Shown: positions 13,083 through 26,474 of the stretch, piece by piece
How positions within the stretch are numbered: position 1 is the stretch's first letter
Layout: each line of letters begins with the position of its first letter
From: Perna viridis
Lineage: Eukaryota
Assembly: GCA_037379345.1 (NCBI GenBank)
Contig: CM074516.1
Coordinates: 49,079,626 to 49,143,625, forward strand
Direction: 5' to 3'
DNA length: 64,000 nt
The notes under the pieces: model-generated
Told to the model about the DNA's origin: nothing
The model's database searches: none
Seen by the model: the letters and a program-made list of their open reading frames with translations, nothing else
Program-made: the position numbers and the translations under genes

Positions 13083-14630
13083 TAAAGTAAAGGGTAATCC
13101 GAAACTTCACAAAAAGAACCACCCGTTTCGAACAATCATAAACGGCCGAAATCACCCTACCGAGAAAACTGCGGAACTGGTCGAGAATGAATTGAAAGAA
13201 CACGTACGATCACAGACACTCCCAAGCTTCATACAAGATACAGAAGACTTTTTAAGAAAAGTGAATGACATATCACAGCCGTTACCGAAAAATACGACTT
13301 TATTTTGTCTTGATGTCAAAAAGTAATAACCTTGTGTACCTCACAATGAGGCAAGAGAAGCTTGTATCAATGCTCTAAATGAAATAACTAACACGTCAAT
13401 ACCAACGGAAAATGTACTAGAGATGCTAGATCCGGTGTTACAAAATAATAATTTTACATTCAATGGTAAGCACTATCTACAGACAGAAGGAACAGCCATC
13501 GGTTCACACTTAGGAATGAACTATGCTTGCACCTACCTAGGAGTTTGGGAAAATAAATTTTTAAGGAATTGTACCTTCAAACTATTTTAGATACGTGGAT
13601 GACATATGGGGAACATGGGATCATGGCTAAGAATCTTTGAAAGAATTTCATAAACACACTAATTCCATTCGCCCTAGAATTCAAACAGAATTACGAATTT
13701 CAAATTCCAGCATCGAATTTTTGGGCGTTCAGACAACGATTAAAGATGGTTTCATCAAAACCGAGTTTTTCACTAAAGAAACAGATGCGCATCAATATTT
13801 GCATGCGCATTCAAGCCATCCTTCATCCGTTCAAAACGCAATACCGTATGGTTTGGGAGTACGAGTTTGACGAATATGTCCCGAAGAAAGTGACTACTCA
13901 AAGGAACGTGGAGAAATTAAGAAACATCTAAGGAGAAGAGGATACGATAAAAATATAATAGAAGAGTAGACAATTTAAAGCGTGAAGATCTATTGCGCTA
14001 CCACGAAAAGAAACAAAAATCAATGGTGCCACTTGTTTTAACTTTCTCGCGAGCACTGCCTAACGTACACAGAATCTTGCGAAAAAATATGAAAACACTC
14101 CATCAATCACCGCGCTTGAAACAGATATTCCCAGAACCACCGTTAGTGTCTTTTAAGAGAGATAAAAATATTAAAGATATACTTGTGCACAAGAAACACA
14201 ACCCCCTGTTCTACAGGAAAGAAAATGGCTGTAAACAGTGTGGCAAAAATTGTGCCTTATGCGAGAACATTTGACAACAAAATTATTCCATGACAACAAA
14301 GGAAAGGAATACACAATCCGAGGTGATATTAATTGTAAAACCACGGGCGTAATTTACTTGATCTACAGCGATAAATGCAAGAAAAATTTATATGTCGGTC
14401 AAACAGGAGACACCTTATACAATATTCAAATTTAAAAAAATTAGAACCCCCCCAAAAAAAATGACCCCGTCACTGAACATCTGATTCACAAACGGTCACA
14501 ATACAAAACACATGCGAGTTACAGGAATTGTAATGGTGAACTGTTCAACAACATTGCGGGTAAAAGAGTAAGAGTCATTTTGGACGCAGAAATTGAATAC
14601 TTTAGAACCTATGGATTAAATGTTAAATAT
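13083..14630 (+). mobile_element. Degenerate Penelope-like element (RT plus C-terminal GIY-YIG endonuclease)
   Basis: PKLHK..PFRTII, LPSFIQDT, LFCLDV, YLQTEGTAIGS, RYVDD, HQYLHAHSSHP..IPYG, VPLVLTF, PPLVSFKRDKNIKDILV, CKQC..CALC and INCKTTGVIYLI..YVGQTG, with several stops and frameshifts. Confidence 0.9.
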
Positions 14631-14687
14631 GTACATTGAATATCTTACTATTTCCTAATCGTTACCAATCCAAAGTGGACAAAAATG

Positions 14688-15035
14688 AGAATTTTCAAAT
14701 ATTAAAAAATGATTTTTTAATATTACAAATTCATTTTCTAATATTACAAATTAGATTTCTTATATCACAAAACACTTTTTTAAAATATTAAAAAATCATT
14801 TTCAATTATTAAAAATTCAATTGAATTTCTAGTATTAAAAAACTATTTTTTAATATTAGAAATTGATTTTCTAATATTAGAAAATGGATTTGATGTATTC
14901 AATTACGACTTTAGAAAATCATTTTGTAATATTAAAAAATGTGACTGATTTTGCAATACCGCAAAGTGATTTTCTAATATTACAAATTCAATTTGTAATA
15001 TTTCAAAATGTGTGATGCTTTATAATATTACTAAA
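14688..15035. repeat. Degenerate ~21-bp tandem array with a palindromic unit
   Basis: Recurrent (g/c)attttctaatatta(c/g)aaatt; perfect palindrome ATTTTCTAATATTAGAAAAT at 14866-14885. Confidence 0.8.
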
Positions 15036-15088
15036 TCAGGAATTTGTATCACGATGGTGTAGTCATATTATCTCCTGTTTTGGTGGGA

Positions 15089-15192
15089 AAACTTCCGGAA
15101 GTGGACCCTGAATTAGGCTTAAATTACATTTGCTCTGAAACTTCCGGTGTAAACAATCAAAATTAATTTAAATAAGCGTTCTTAGGGTAAGT
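15089..15192 (+). promoter_or_regulatory. Putative CUEDC2 promoter and non-coding first exon
   Basis: Palindromic ETS-type site ACTTCCGGAAGT (15091-15102), a second ACTTCCGG near 15140, then a strong donor AGG|GTAAGT near 15187. Confidence 0.5.
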
Positions 15193-15334
15193 TTTTCTTA
15201 ATAAGTTTTTTGCTCTAACCCTTTTAATAAAAGGAAGGTGTAATTAGTAGGAAGACGAAGTTGTTTATCCTTTTTACATAAACTAGGTCTCATTCCCTCC
15301 CCCATAATCTAACAAAACTGTTTTTAGATATTAG

Positions 15335-16840
15335 CTCACAGAGGCTTGCTCCCACTATTAGATATGCAGCCCCACTTGTATGTAACATACACAAGGGTCA
15401 TTCCAAATTTGGGGGGTGCCTCGCTTAAACTCAATTTTTTTTCAAATAAAGTCGAATATAAACATGTATTTACTACTCGGCAATCACTTGACATATGATT
15501 AATGTAATGAATAAACACCATCAAATACACGTACTTCTAATTAAAACAACACAATGATTTCAGTGATTTTTCTAGCATTTATCATTTTTGTCATTGATGA
15601 AAGACTATTAGGATGACAAAAATTATCTAGTCACATCAAGAGCTATGTGCATTTAAGTTTTGTTTAATGTATTTACACAGTGCAGTAAATAACAGACAAA
15701 ACTGAAATATGTTCTTTATGTAAGATGTAAATACATACCATTAAAATAGTCTTCATTTTCTCCTGTAGAAGTGATGAAAGCTTTCAAAATCCTGGAAAAA
15801 ACCCTGTGATTTGAAGATTCAAACTCCATATTTCTACTATTGCTTGGACCGAAAGTGAAGCTACTGTGACCTTGACATTGCTAGACAGACAATGGAAAGC
15901 ACTGGAAAATTTGTGTTCCTAGTGTTATCGCAATTTATAAGTACTTGTCCGTCTAAGAATCAGATGAAATGTGAATAAGTTGTGGCACATGAAGAAAAAA
16001 ACACAGATTTTATCAGATTATCCAAGTATCTCTACCTTGTAACCTCCAGAAATAACCATCAAAATGTTTGTAAAGTTTTCCTTTGTAAGATATTGATAGG
16101 CCAAATTTAATTGAAATGCACTGTAGAAAATTTTCCCATGCTTTTTCCCTATAAGCAGGCAAAAAATCTAAGTCACAGCTGCTTCATGATGAGATATATT
16201 GATTATATGTAAGTTTAAGAAGACCAAGTTGAGAATAATGATGTACCACCTATGCCTGATTCTTATGAAAAATGGTACTGAAGTATTTGTCTAGCAATAT
16301 CAAGGTTGCCTTAGTTTCACTTTCGGTCCAAGATTGTAGAAATATGGAGTTTGAAAGTTCAAATCATTGTGTTGTTTCAATTAAAAGTATTTGATGGTGA
16401 TACCTGTGTTTATTCATTACATTCATCATTTGTCAAGTGATTTCTGAGCAGTAAATATCACTGATATATTTGATTTTATTTGAAAAAAAAATTGAGTTGA
16501 AGGGAGGCACCTCAAATCAGGGATTACCCTTGTGTAGGTTATATACACTTCTGTCAACACAAAAATTTGATTTCTCCACTCTCCACAGTGGTGATATGTT
16601 GAGTGGAGTCACACTGTCTCACTTTTCATAGGAATTGCCATTCAAAAATTGTAATTAACTTCTGTAAAAATATTGAAAACTATTGAAATGGAGCAATTTT
16701 ATACCAGTTTTTACTTTGGTGGATTTACAGTGGAGGACATAAATGACTCTACTGTGAAGAGTAGAGAAATTCAAATTTTAGTTGACAGAAGTGTACTAGT
16801 GGGACTGCATAATTCATAGTGGGAGTAAGCCCGTGTTGGT
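15335..16840. mobile_element. ~1.5-kb foldback (long inverted repeat) non-autonomous DNA element in CUEDC2 intron 1
   Basis: 15335-15560 is the reverse complement of 16360-16545 plus 16794-16835, and 15808-15890 is the reverse complement of 16287-16366. Confidence 0.75.
16546..16793. mobile_element. Tc1/mariner-type MITE nested in the foldback element
   Basis: TIRs CACTTCTGTCAAC..GTTGACAGAAGTG flanked by TA; removing it restores the match to the left arm of the host element. Confidence 0.8.
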
Positions 16841-18143
16841 TAGCTTAATCCCTTTTGGTGGTCAAAGCAAAAAATATCTCCATTGCCAAATTCCAAAAGG
16901 GATTAGATGTTACCTATAAGATAATAACATACGCATTACGTAGTTAGTCTGAGATTGCTCTGATGTCCTGCTGATAAGCCCAACAAGCTAGGGCAGTGAC
17001 ATGCCAGAGCTTGTCCCACATCAAAAACATGGGATTTGACTTGAAAGTCAAAATCCTGTAATTCAAAGAAAGACATTTATTTGTTAGTTGCTGTTGCATG
17101 TACAACAGACAACACTATTGAAATGTTTTTCACTCTATATGAACTTTCCACACTGCTTAGTCTTACAAAGTTTCACAGTAATTGACTCTTTAATCTCGAG
17201 CTTAAAAAAAATTCAAGATCACAATGTTAAGTTAATTTTTTTTTTTAATTTCCATTCTCAATACATGTATAGTTAATAGTATAAACTTTCATTGACATTA
17301 CATACCAAACTTTAACTTTTCAAGACCCAATTTAACATTAAATTTAAGACTCGAACCATGCAAAATACCACATTTTGATATGGGACACGCTCTGACGTCC
17401 CACACCCCCAGCTTGTCTGGTTAATCAGCTGTTCAGAGCAATTTGGGACTAGTCTGTTTTCAGTGGGAAATTTGTGGTGAAATTGAGCCAATATTTGTCA
17501 AAAAGGAAATACTTAACCTTAATCTCTTTTGAGATTCAGTTTCTTTAGTGATTTTCTGATTTGGCTGCCATATTGGATGTTTGTACATGTACAAATGTAC
17601 CGGATGTTTGTACATGTACAAATGTACCTATTTGGTAAACATATGTGCAGTTTAACACTACGTAAGTAGGACTTAAAGCAAGTCAAAGAACATGTTGTAA
17701 AGATAGACACAAACAATTTAAGCAACTGAATAAAATAAAAATGCCCCTGTCTGAAATACTTTGTAAATAAGTTTAAGCACAAGGTCCAATTTTATAAGAT
17801 TTTCAGCCAGTTCTCATCATCCTGAAATCATGTTGAAGCCATATAAATTATTGTACAATTCTTTGAAATGTCATATGTGTACATGTACAAATGTATTTTA
17901 TACAATACTGTTTAATAATAAACAATTGTCTTTGCTTATTATTACATATAATATATGTGCATTCCACTTGCCATGTTGGAGATGAATTTTGCTTTGCATA
18001 TGCTTGTACATTTACAAACATGTTAAGTAATTCTGAATGGACAGAAGTAATAGATCAAATGCATGTGTACTTTAAATTTTAAGTAGATTATTTATATACA
18101 TGTACATGTATGTTTGCTATACTTTTTAGGTGATGTTACACTA

Positions 18144-21100
18144 ATGGATGGGGAGACTCTTGTGAAGGACTGTCTTTCCAAGTTCCTTAATAAGCATGGA
18201 CTTAATGATGGGATAGAGTGAGACAATATTTCAGCTTTTCAGTAATTAATTCTAGGTTCTGTGGTCTCTTATTGTAAAAGTATTTTCTGAAGAAACAGTT
18301 TACTATCTTCCAGAGTAATTATACATTCATATTCACCAATGACATGAAATTTGAAATCTAGAGCATTAGAATGTGATTTTTGTCATTTTACCCCAAAACA
18401 TCTTAAAAAATATTTTTTAATATCATAAGAATTCTTTTTGTTTGCATTGAAATATTTCCCCATTCAATTTAATTCAAGTTTTCTACAAGTTTTCTATATC
18501 TATGTAATTAACAATATCCTACATGTTCACATACATTGTAAGTGCAGTGTAATAGTTTTATATCATTGAATGATTAATATTTCCAATAAATAAACCAATA
18601 ATTGGTACAATATAAATGAAATTATAAATACAATACTACTTATACATGTATGATGTATCAATATTTCTGACTTTGAACAGAGCCATAGATGAGATTGTGT
18701 TGAGCTATGTTATCAGTATACTGGAAGATTTAGGTGATGACCAAAATGCTGAGGAGAATATTGATGTTGACCAATTCACTGAGATGATGGATGCATACAT
18801 CCCTGGCTTTAACAGTATAGACAGGTATTGCCATTATTAAAGTGAAGGACCATCAACAATCTGCTTTCAAATATTATCCTTTTGCCAAAACTAAGACACT
18901 TAAGGCATACCAAAGTTATGTGATAGATTTCTGGGATTCTGATAAATTATATTGTATACCAATGATCAGTATCATGTTGATAGTTTCTTCTATTCACATA
19001 TTTGATCTTTGAGTGTCCCATCTAGTCTTAAATAGTGCAGCACCTTTCCTTCCATCTGCTGTGCTACTTTTCCATGATTATTATTTAGCCATTAGTTTTG
19101 TTTTCTTATTACCTCAGTTTTTTGTTTTCCCTACTTCGTAATGCATTTGAACCAATAAAAAGTTTAATTATAATAGAGTATAACCCTTATTTCTTCCAAA
19201 ATGCTGAAGTAAAAAGTTTAATCATAATGGAATATAACCCTTTTCTCATCCAAAATGGATCACTGCTGAAATAAAACGTTTATGAGAAGTAAACAAAATG
19301 TCATTGGCTAATTTGATTGTCATAGAATGATATCATAACAGAAATTGATGGGAATAACTTAGCCTTTCTTGCTTTGTGAATACAGTAGTAAATGCCACAT
19401 AGTTGTGATTCAACAGAAATTGAAGAATGCGAAAATTTTAACAAAAAGACTAGAATCTAACAATGATAGTCTTTTATACCTGCCACAATAATTGGCTAGG
19501 TACTATGTGATATGGGGAAAGTACTATTATTCGTGGGGTACCAATTTTCATGGTTTTTGTGGGAAGACCAAACCATGAAATTTGGTTCCCCCAACGAATA
19601 AGAGATTCCCATTTATGTGTATACTGAAAACATTTGAACCACAAATTCAAGAATCCATGAAATTGTGTTTCTTCCCTAAACAGTAATAGTGGTATCCACG
19701 AATCAAAGCACTTTCACAGTACCCTCGGAAAAGTTGCATGTCCATCTGTCTGTCCCCAGACGGTTTTCAGATAATAACTTGAATTTTTATGAAATTTTGT
19801 ACAGTTGTTTAGTACCATAAAACAGAGGACAAAATCAATTTTCAGCAAAATCACAAATGAAATATGAACATTTTGCCATCTGACCTTTTTTTCACCATTA
19901 CGTGATGGTGTATCACCTAATGTTTCATTAATGACCTATTTTTCTAAGTTTAAAAAGATTGAAAAATAAATATGAAATTTCATATGCCATATTTTTTTTC
20001 TATGTCACTTGAAATTTATACATAAAACACAGGTTTTTATTTGGTGAATCATTTTCTCTAGTTTCATTAATTCCCAGTACTTCACTTCACAAAACTATGT
20101 CTAAACTTATTGTAATTTTTGTCTTTCTAATTATTTTAGTGTAGAAGTTTGTGAATGGATGTTCTCATTGTCAACAGAGCTGTCTAACAAGAACAAAGGT
20201 TTGTCTAAACTGTATTTTAATTCTATGTTAAGTTATGTGATATTTCTTTAGTGTAATATGTTATATTCTTTTTCTGAACACAAGATTTTTTAGAGGTTTA
20301 TATCAGAACTAAATAGAGCAAGTTGAGAACAAGGTTGCTGTCATGATAGAAAGAAATTAAATGAATTGGTCTTAAACACTTAGCGGTAGCAACCAAAAAC
20401 AAGCATTGTGTAAACAGTTTTGGTTGCTTCGACTGGTTCAGTATGGTTTGATTGGAAGTTTTGAATTATTCGTGTTTTTTTGTACATGCAGATAAATACT
20501 GTGATTGATTTTTTGTTTTGGTGCTATTTTCAAGTTGAGTTTCATTTAGGCTCAAAGAGTCTAGTTAAATGTTGATTGATATTTTTATAAACTGTTGAAC
20601 TTATGGAATTCTTTGATATACTGTGTCTTTGTGTATAGATTTTATTTTCAATTTGATCCACATAAGGATTAAAAGAATGCAAAATTCAACTTCCATAAAA
20701 AAATTCCACATTTTCTTTTAGAAATTGAAATTGAAACTGATCTGATCAAAATGGTCCATGAACAATTCCAAAATTTACATTTTGTAGCATGTTATGGTAC
20801 AATTTATTACAGATGATAATTATACAACTGATGAACCTTGCACCCAAATCACTGAAATTTTAGGGGCAACTGCTGTTCCACTCTTACCAGAGGGGGAGGT
20901 CAATGGTAATTTGGTAAGTAAACAAGAAAAGATCCCAAGGAAGTACATGTAATATAGTGTTGCAGAACTTTACAGTGTAATCTGGCTTTATATTAAACTT
21001 CGGTACTTTGTCTTGGTAATTATTTAACACTTGTAGCAATAGAATCTTTACGGTACTTTAAACTAGAAAGCTGAGTTTTGATATGCAAAGATTTAATGTT

Positions 21101-24100
21101 CCACAGTGTGACTAAATCTTGATAAGACATAGTTTTGTATCTTCTACAAACAGGTGTTGAAGCTGTAAATAATGAGAGTCCCTTAAGCTTTTATTGATGA
21201 ACCATTCCACAAATACCATACAGTTTGGGTAAATCTCAATGTTGTCTTACAAGTTAACTCAAATCAAAATATTTTAATATATATTACCTTAGCATATCCT
21301 AACAACATAAGTATAAATATTTTTTGTGGTAAAATTGTGAGGTTAATTTCAAAGTCAAGCATTCAAACTCAGATTTCAGAATGTTCTTTATTTGATAGGG
21401 GGTGGAATTAGACTGTCAAATTTATTATGATCTTTGGCAAATGTTAAAATAAGAATGAAAGTTAGATATAATGAGTTATTTATTCACCAATTGAAGGCAC
21501 ATTGTGATAGTGTTCATTCTTACTGTGTCAGCATTTTATAGCTTCGACACTGCAAAAATATATAATAGTTAAAGCTGTATCAGATTGTTTTATAGACATT
21601 GGTAATACATTTCAATGGTTGTTGTAGAGGTATCAAGTTGTGAACAGATGTTGATAGAACATACCCTATTATGCTCTACTTTCTTTCTCCATAGAACGGC
21701 TATGGAATTGATTGTAGTATCCAGCTGGTTTCAATGATGATGGAGCATACCCTATTATGCTCTACTTTCTTTCTCCATAGAACGGCTATGGAATTGATTG
21801 TAGTATCCAGCTGGTTTCAATGATGATGGAGCATACCCTATTATGCTCTACTTTCTTTCTCCATAGAACGGCTATGGAATTGATTGTAGTATCCAGCTGG
21901 TTTCAATGATGATGGAGCATACCCTATTATGCTCTACTTTCTTTCTCCATAGAACGGCTATGGAATTGATTGTAGTATCCACCTGCTTTCAATGAAACAT
22001 AATAAATGTGTTACATAAACTGCTGAGAAGAGCCTATTGAAAAAGCTTCAAGCATGCTCGGAGCTTCCTTTTAAGAATAAATCTATCACCCCTTATTTTA
22101 ATAATTAAGTACTGTAAACAGGTTTTCTTGTTAATGTTGACTGGGTCTGAAAATATAATCAATGTTTTTTGCCAAGTTATGCTTTGTTCATTATTTCGTA
22201 CGTGTTCAGGGTTACTACATTTATTTAGTGTTTTAATACTCCCTTATGAAACTGTGAAATGAGTACACAGCAATATAAGCAAGTTAGTTCTGAGATATTT
22301 ATGATTTTGTATTATTTTCATTTAAGGAATGTGAAGAAGATATAGAAGATGGACAAATAAACTTGTTACTTGAGATGTTCCCAAAGGCCTGTACTATGGA
22401 AGTTACACACTGTTTGTCTCTCAGTAATGGTAACTTAGATGAAGCTGCTCAGCTGATCATACACAGAGAGGAGAAGGGTGATTCTATAGTCACTCCTGTA
22501 AGTGAATTTCCCATAGGAAATAAAAACTTTGACTGCATTTTTTGCACCTGTCCCCAATTAGAAATTTCTGGCCTCTGTATGTCTTGTTTCTTTTTCACCT
22601 TTAGTTTATTTTTTATGCTACTATGGGGGCAACTGTTTCGTTGTACCTGTATATAATGATGTTTTTGGGCTAGCTGCAGCCTGCCTTGAGGTTTTCCCCC
22701 TCATTCCTTGAAGACCGGTGGGTGGCTTTAGGCTGACATTTTCATCACTGTGGGGTTGTTGTCTCTTTGACATATACACCATACCTATTCTTGTTATATT
22801 TGATAGAAAGATCAGGATTTAATTATTAATCCTGTTGGTACCTCCTCAGTAATGAGTACCCAATATATCAATGAATAATGTTGTCTTATTTACTATTGGT
22901 AAACACTTTAGTGATATTAACCACTGTGTGTAAATTAGTCTCAATTTTAAGTAATTTCGATGTATTTATTTTCTTATTTTAGACAAATATAAAGAAGAAA
23001 AAAGAAATGGTTTTAGATGACAATAAAGTAAAAAGTCATATAATTAACAGGTGAACAGTAAGAACTATAAAGTTTAATACAAGTGTAACAGAAAGTTTGT
23101 ACTATGTCTTTATCTAATTACTGTAACAGAAAATTAGTGCAGTTTCTTCGATCAATCTACTTTTGCAGAGTTTTAAATTTGTGATCCTTCACCAAATTAT
23201 AGTGTAATGTCCTTTGAAAAAAAATGAAAACAGTTTTATTTTTGCATTACTGGTATTACACTGAAAAAAAACAAAAAAATTCATGGTTCACAGTATCTGT
23301 TTGTTTTAAATGAATTGGTAAAATCTTTTAATACATTTTATACATTTTTGTTCCTTGTACATGTATGAAGACCTTATCTGACATAATTTGTTTACTTTTC
23401 TTAGCTTGCTTAGTGAGTATACCACACGCTATGTAGAACTAAAATTTTATATTTTAATGTGTTTTGTTAATTCATGAAATCTGTGTAGGATAAATATAAG
23501 ATACAAATATTTTAGGTTTTCCTATGTCGACACAGATGCTGATAAGAAGACACACACCCCTGTGATGAAGAAACAGGTTTGATTCTGGCTTCAGTTTTTT
23601 GTTACTACATGTATATTAAAATGGTTTGCATGCAGCAGACTTTTTTCCCCATTATTTAAATTTTCTTAATCCATGCATTTAGTGAATTTAATTATTATGG
23701 GAACTTTGAATCCAGAAAATGCTAACAAAGCAAATTGCTGGTAATATTGATTTCTGCATATTCTATACCCCATTTACTATTATAGTGGGTTAACCTCTTT
23801 CTGGTGGTCAAAATATTAATCCAAAACAACATTTGATGGACACAATTTGTTTCTATACACATAGCCTGGATAGTCTATTGAATGTCAAAAATATTATTAT
23901 GATTGTAAATGCTGATCTACTTAAGGAATGGATGAATGACAAGAGTCATTGGCTGCCATTATTGATTTTGTTTAACCTGGTTCTATTCTTAGTCATATCA
24001 TCTGATTTTAATGAGGGATGTCTTTTACATAGCAGACCGTTTATCATTTCTGTTTCTGTTATTGTAGGTTGAAAATCAATATTAAAATTTTAATCAAATT

Positions 24101-24581
24101 TTGAATGCATACATGGATTTTGAGGGTGTATAGTAAATCATAATGGCAAACTGATAAAAGAACGATAAACCATATATTTAATGTTGAGCTGATTTGAAAA
24201 TGTTAGTAAACCCTCATGATCTTACCTTGATGAAATATGATCCATAAATTCGGGCCCGTTCTTCATTACAAAGAAATCCAAATTTGCAATTACATCAGAA
24301 AGAGGTTGCCAAGGAACTATAATGCAAATTACATGAATGTTGAATAGTTTTCATTTATAAAAGAAATATATCAGTGATAGGGATGTATTTCACATTTCTG
24401 ATGGTATTTTATAAAGTGAATGATTTTTCTGCAGGACTCCAAAAAGATGGTGAGATATTTAGACAATAAAGTTGTCAGTACTAAAGGGGAAAGATTTACG
24501 GAAATCAAGAAAGATGATTCCGAGGAAATGAAGAAGACTTACATCAACCTGAAACCGGCCAGAAAGTACAGGTTTCACTGA
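18144..24581 (+). CDS. CUEDC2: CUE domain-containing protein 2
   Basis: Exons 18144-18217, 18681-18824, 20140-20198, 20813-20913, 22327-22497, 22983-23050, 23516-23576, 24435-24581. [32 protein letters not shown] domain [20 protein letters not shown] and C-terminus [38 protein letters not shown] match CUEDC2. Confidence 0.95.
19515..19720. mobile_element. ~200-bp MITE (same family as 63443-63643)
   Basis: Shared sequence tattatt(c/g)..gggg(t)..ccaattttcatggtttt..gtggg ... actttcacagta in both copies. Confidence 0.55.
21660..21994. repeat. 86-bp tandem repeat, ~3.9 near-identical copies, in a CUEDC2 intron
   Basis: Units start at 21660, 21746, 21832 and 21918 (cataccctattatgctctactttctttctccatagaacggctatggaattgattgtagtatccagctggtttcaatgatgatggag). 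Confidence 0.95.
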
Positions 24582-26310
24582 CAGCATTCCATTGTGTAAT
24601 CTTGTTATTCAAACAATACAACTATGTGATAGTAACATAAAGATCTGGGTGACTACAATGTACATGTAGTATTACCTGAATACAACTGGAGGAGTATTTA
24701 TCTTTTTCCTAGTTCAACGCCTATCAAAATTATATGACACTATTAATTTTTATAATACTGCAATAAGTTTTTGTACATGGAAAGAAGTATGAACTTTGGT
24801 TTTATAAAAGTCTGCTGTATGTATAATCAGGGTAGGAAACTCACTCAAATTCTAGACAGTCCGGAATACAATTTTTCAATATATTTACTATATGGCCATA
24901 TAGTTTTTTGTTAAAATCAGCCAACCCTGCCCCAAAATGGCCAGTCTCGGGCTGACGGGTAGGCTACTATTTCTAACTCTGACTGTAAGTTTAGTTACGC
25001 CTACAAACTTTGTTTTAATGACTCAAATTATTGCTACACCAAATATACCAAGGAGCCTCAGGGAAAATTGGGAAAAAGTTTTTTTTGTCAAGTTTTTCCT
25101 TTTTTATTTTATTTTTTGAATGCATTATAAAGGAATATAATTACAGTATTTTTCAGAATGAGATTTTACACAAAACAGGTAGAAATGTTGGGTGGAGTGA
25201 AGTGTTTCCTCTGTTTTAAGTTTTATACATATAAAAAGTAAATTGTATATTGTTCTATAAGTCAGCAAGCGTCAGGTTTCTCAAATGGATTGTTTTCTGA
25301 TCAGATCTTGATTTGACATTAAATTTCAAAGTTCAAGCTTGGCAATTTGTCAGTTGAGGAAAGGTTTAAGGAAATTCTTAAATTTAGACGTTTTATAAAG
25401 CAGGATCCAGATTTGTTGGAGGCTACATTACAACATATTGTTCTAGGATTATGTCTTTTATGTGTGTTGTGGAATAGTACATGTATATTGCAATTTAGAA
25501 CTGGTCATTTGATCATTTCTAAAGAAGTGTCGAGTTACATTTTATCTGTGACCTTGATAACCTGCCTGATCTTTGTATTGATTATACACCGTTGTAAAAT
25601 GATCTCAATCTGTACACTTCTATTGGTAAAAGATTGCAATGCCTGACTGACTTGATTAGTTTTTTTATTGTTTTACCTTGTTACATGTAGTAGTTTTCCA
25701 TAGTAGTTACATTTTACGTAACCTTTATTTCTAAATTCATAAAGAATTTGTGCCATCCATGCTGTGCATATGACACTTTTAGAGTTTGTGGATCAACTTA
25801 TTGTGTCATTTAACATACTAAATACCAGTACATTTCTTTATAAATGTGATGACTTAGAGACTCAATATATTCTGACCAACCTCTTACATAATAAAACCTG
25901 TATTTTAAACAGTTTTTGATTAACACTTTAGACATGATTAGCACTGTAATTATATTTTGTTTTCAATCTAATTTAATTTGATTGGTTTTGTTTATAATTA
26001 GATGTGTACTACATGTATGGACATTCATTTATAAGATTAATAACAGCGTTTAATGTTACATTTTAATTTGTTATTTTGAATTTTAGTTACATACTATGTG
26101 TTCATTTTTATACAATTACAAAAAAAAATGTAACTTTTTAAATCATATGTTGACAGCAGCATCAATACTTGTGTGATTTCCATATCAATCATCTATTAAC
26201 AAAATGTGTCAAGAGTTTTCTGACAAATTCTGTTGTAAATTACTTACTAAATGGCTGATCTTTGTGTGATATTTCTTATCACCATTAAGGTTTAAATGCC
26301 AAAGACTTTC

Positions 26311-26474
26311 CAGGGTTCAACACTTTTCTTGCTAGATAGCCTGCAGGACTTTCTGGTAGAGTTTTAAAAACTAATTTAAGTAGCCCAAAGGACTACCAAT
26401 TAAAACTTCATGACAGTCCTTTCTAAAATTAGGTAGGCACAGGACTACTGGACTACTGTTAGTGTCAAACCCTG
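26311..26474. mobile_element. Small hAT-like MITE
   Basis: Terminal inverted repeats CAGGGTTCAACACT ... AGTGTCAAACCCTG; TSD not recognisable. Confidence 0.5.

Noticed and set aside
21660-21994. CRISPR array, hammerhead ribozyme array or H/ACA snoRNA
   Set aside because: No unique spacers, eukaryotic context with no cas genes, no CUGANGA core before the stem-GAAA, and hairpins too short and lacking pockets for H/ACA.
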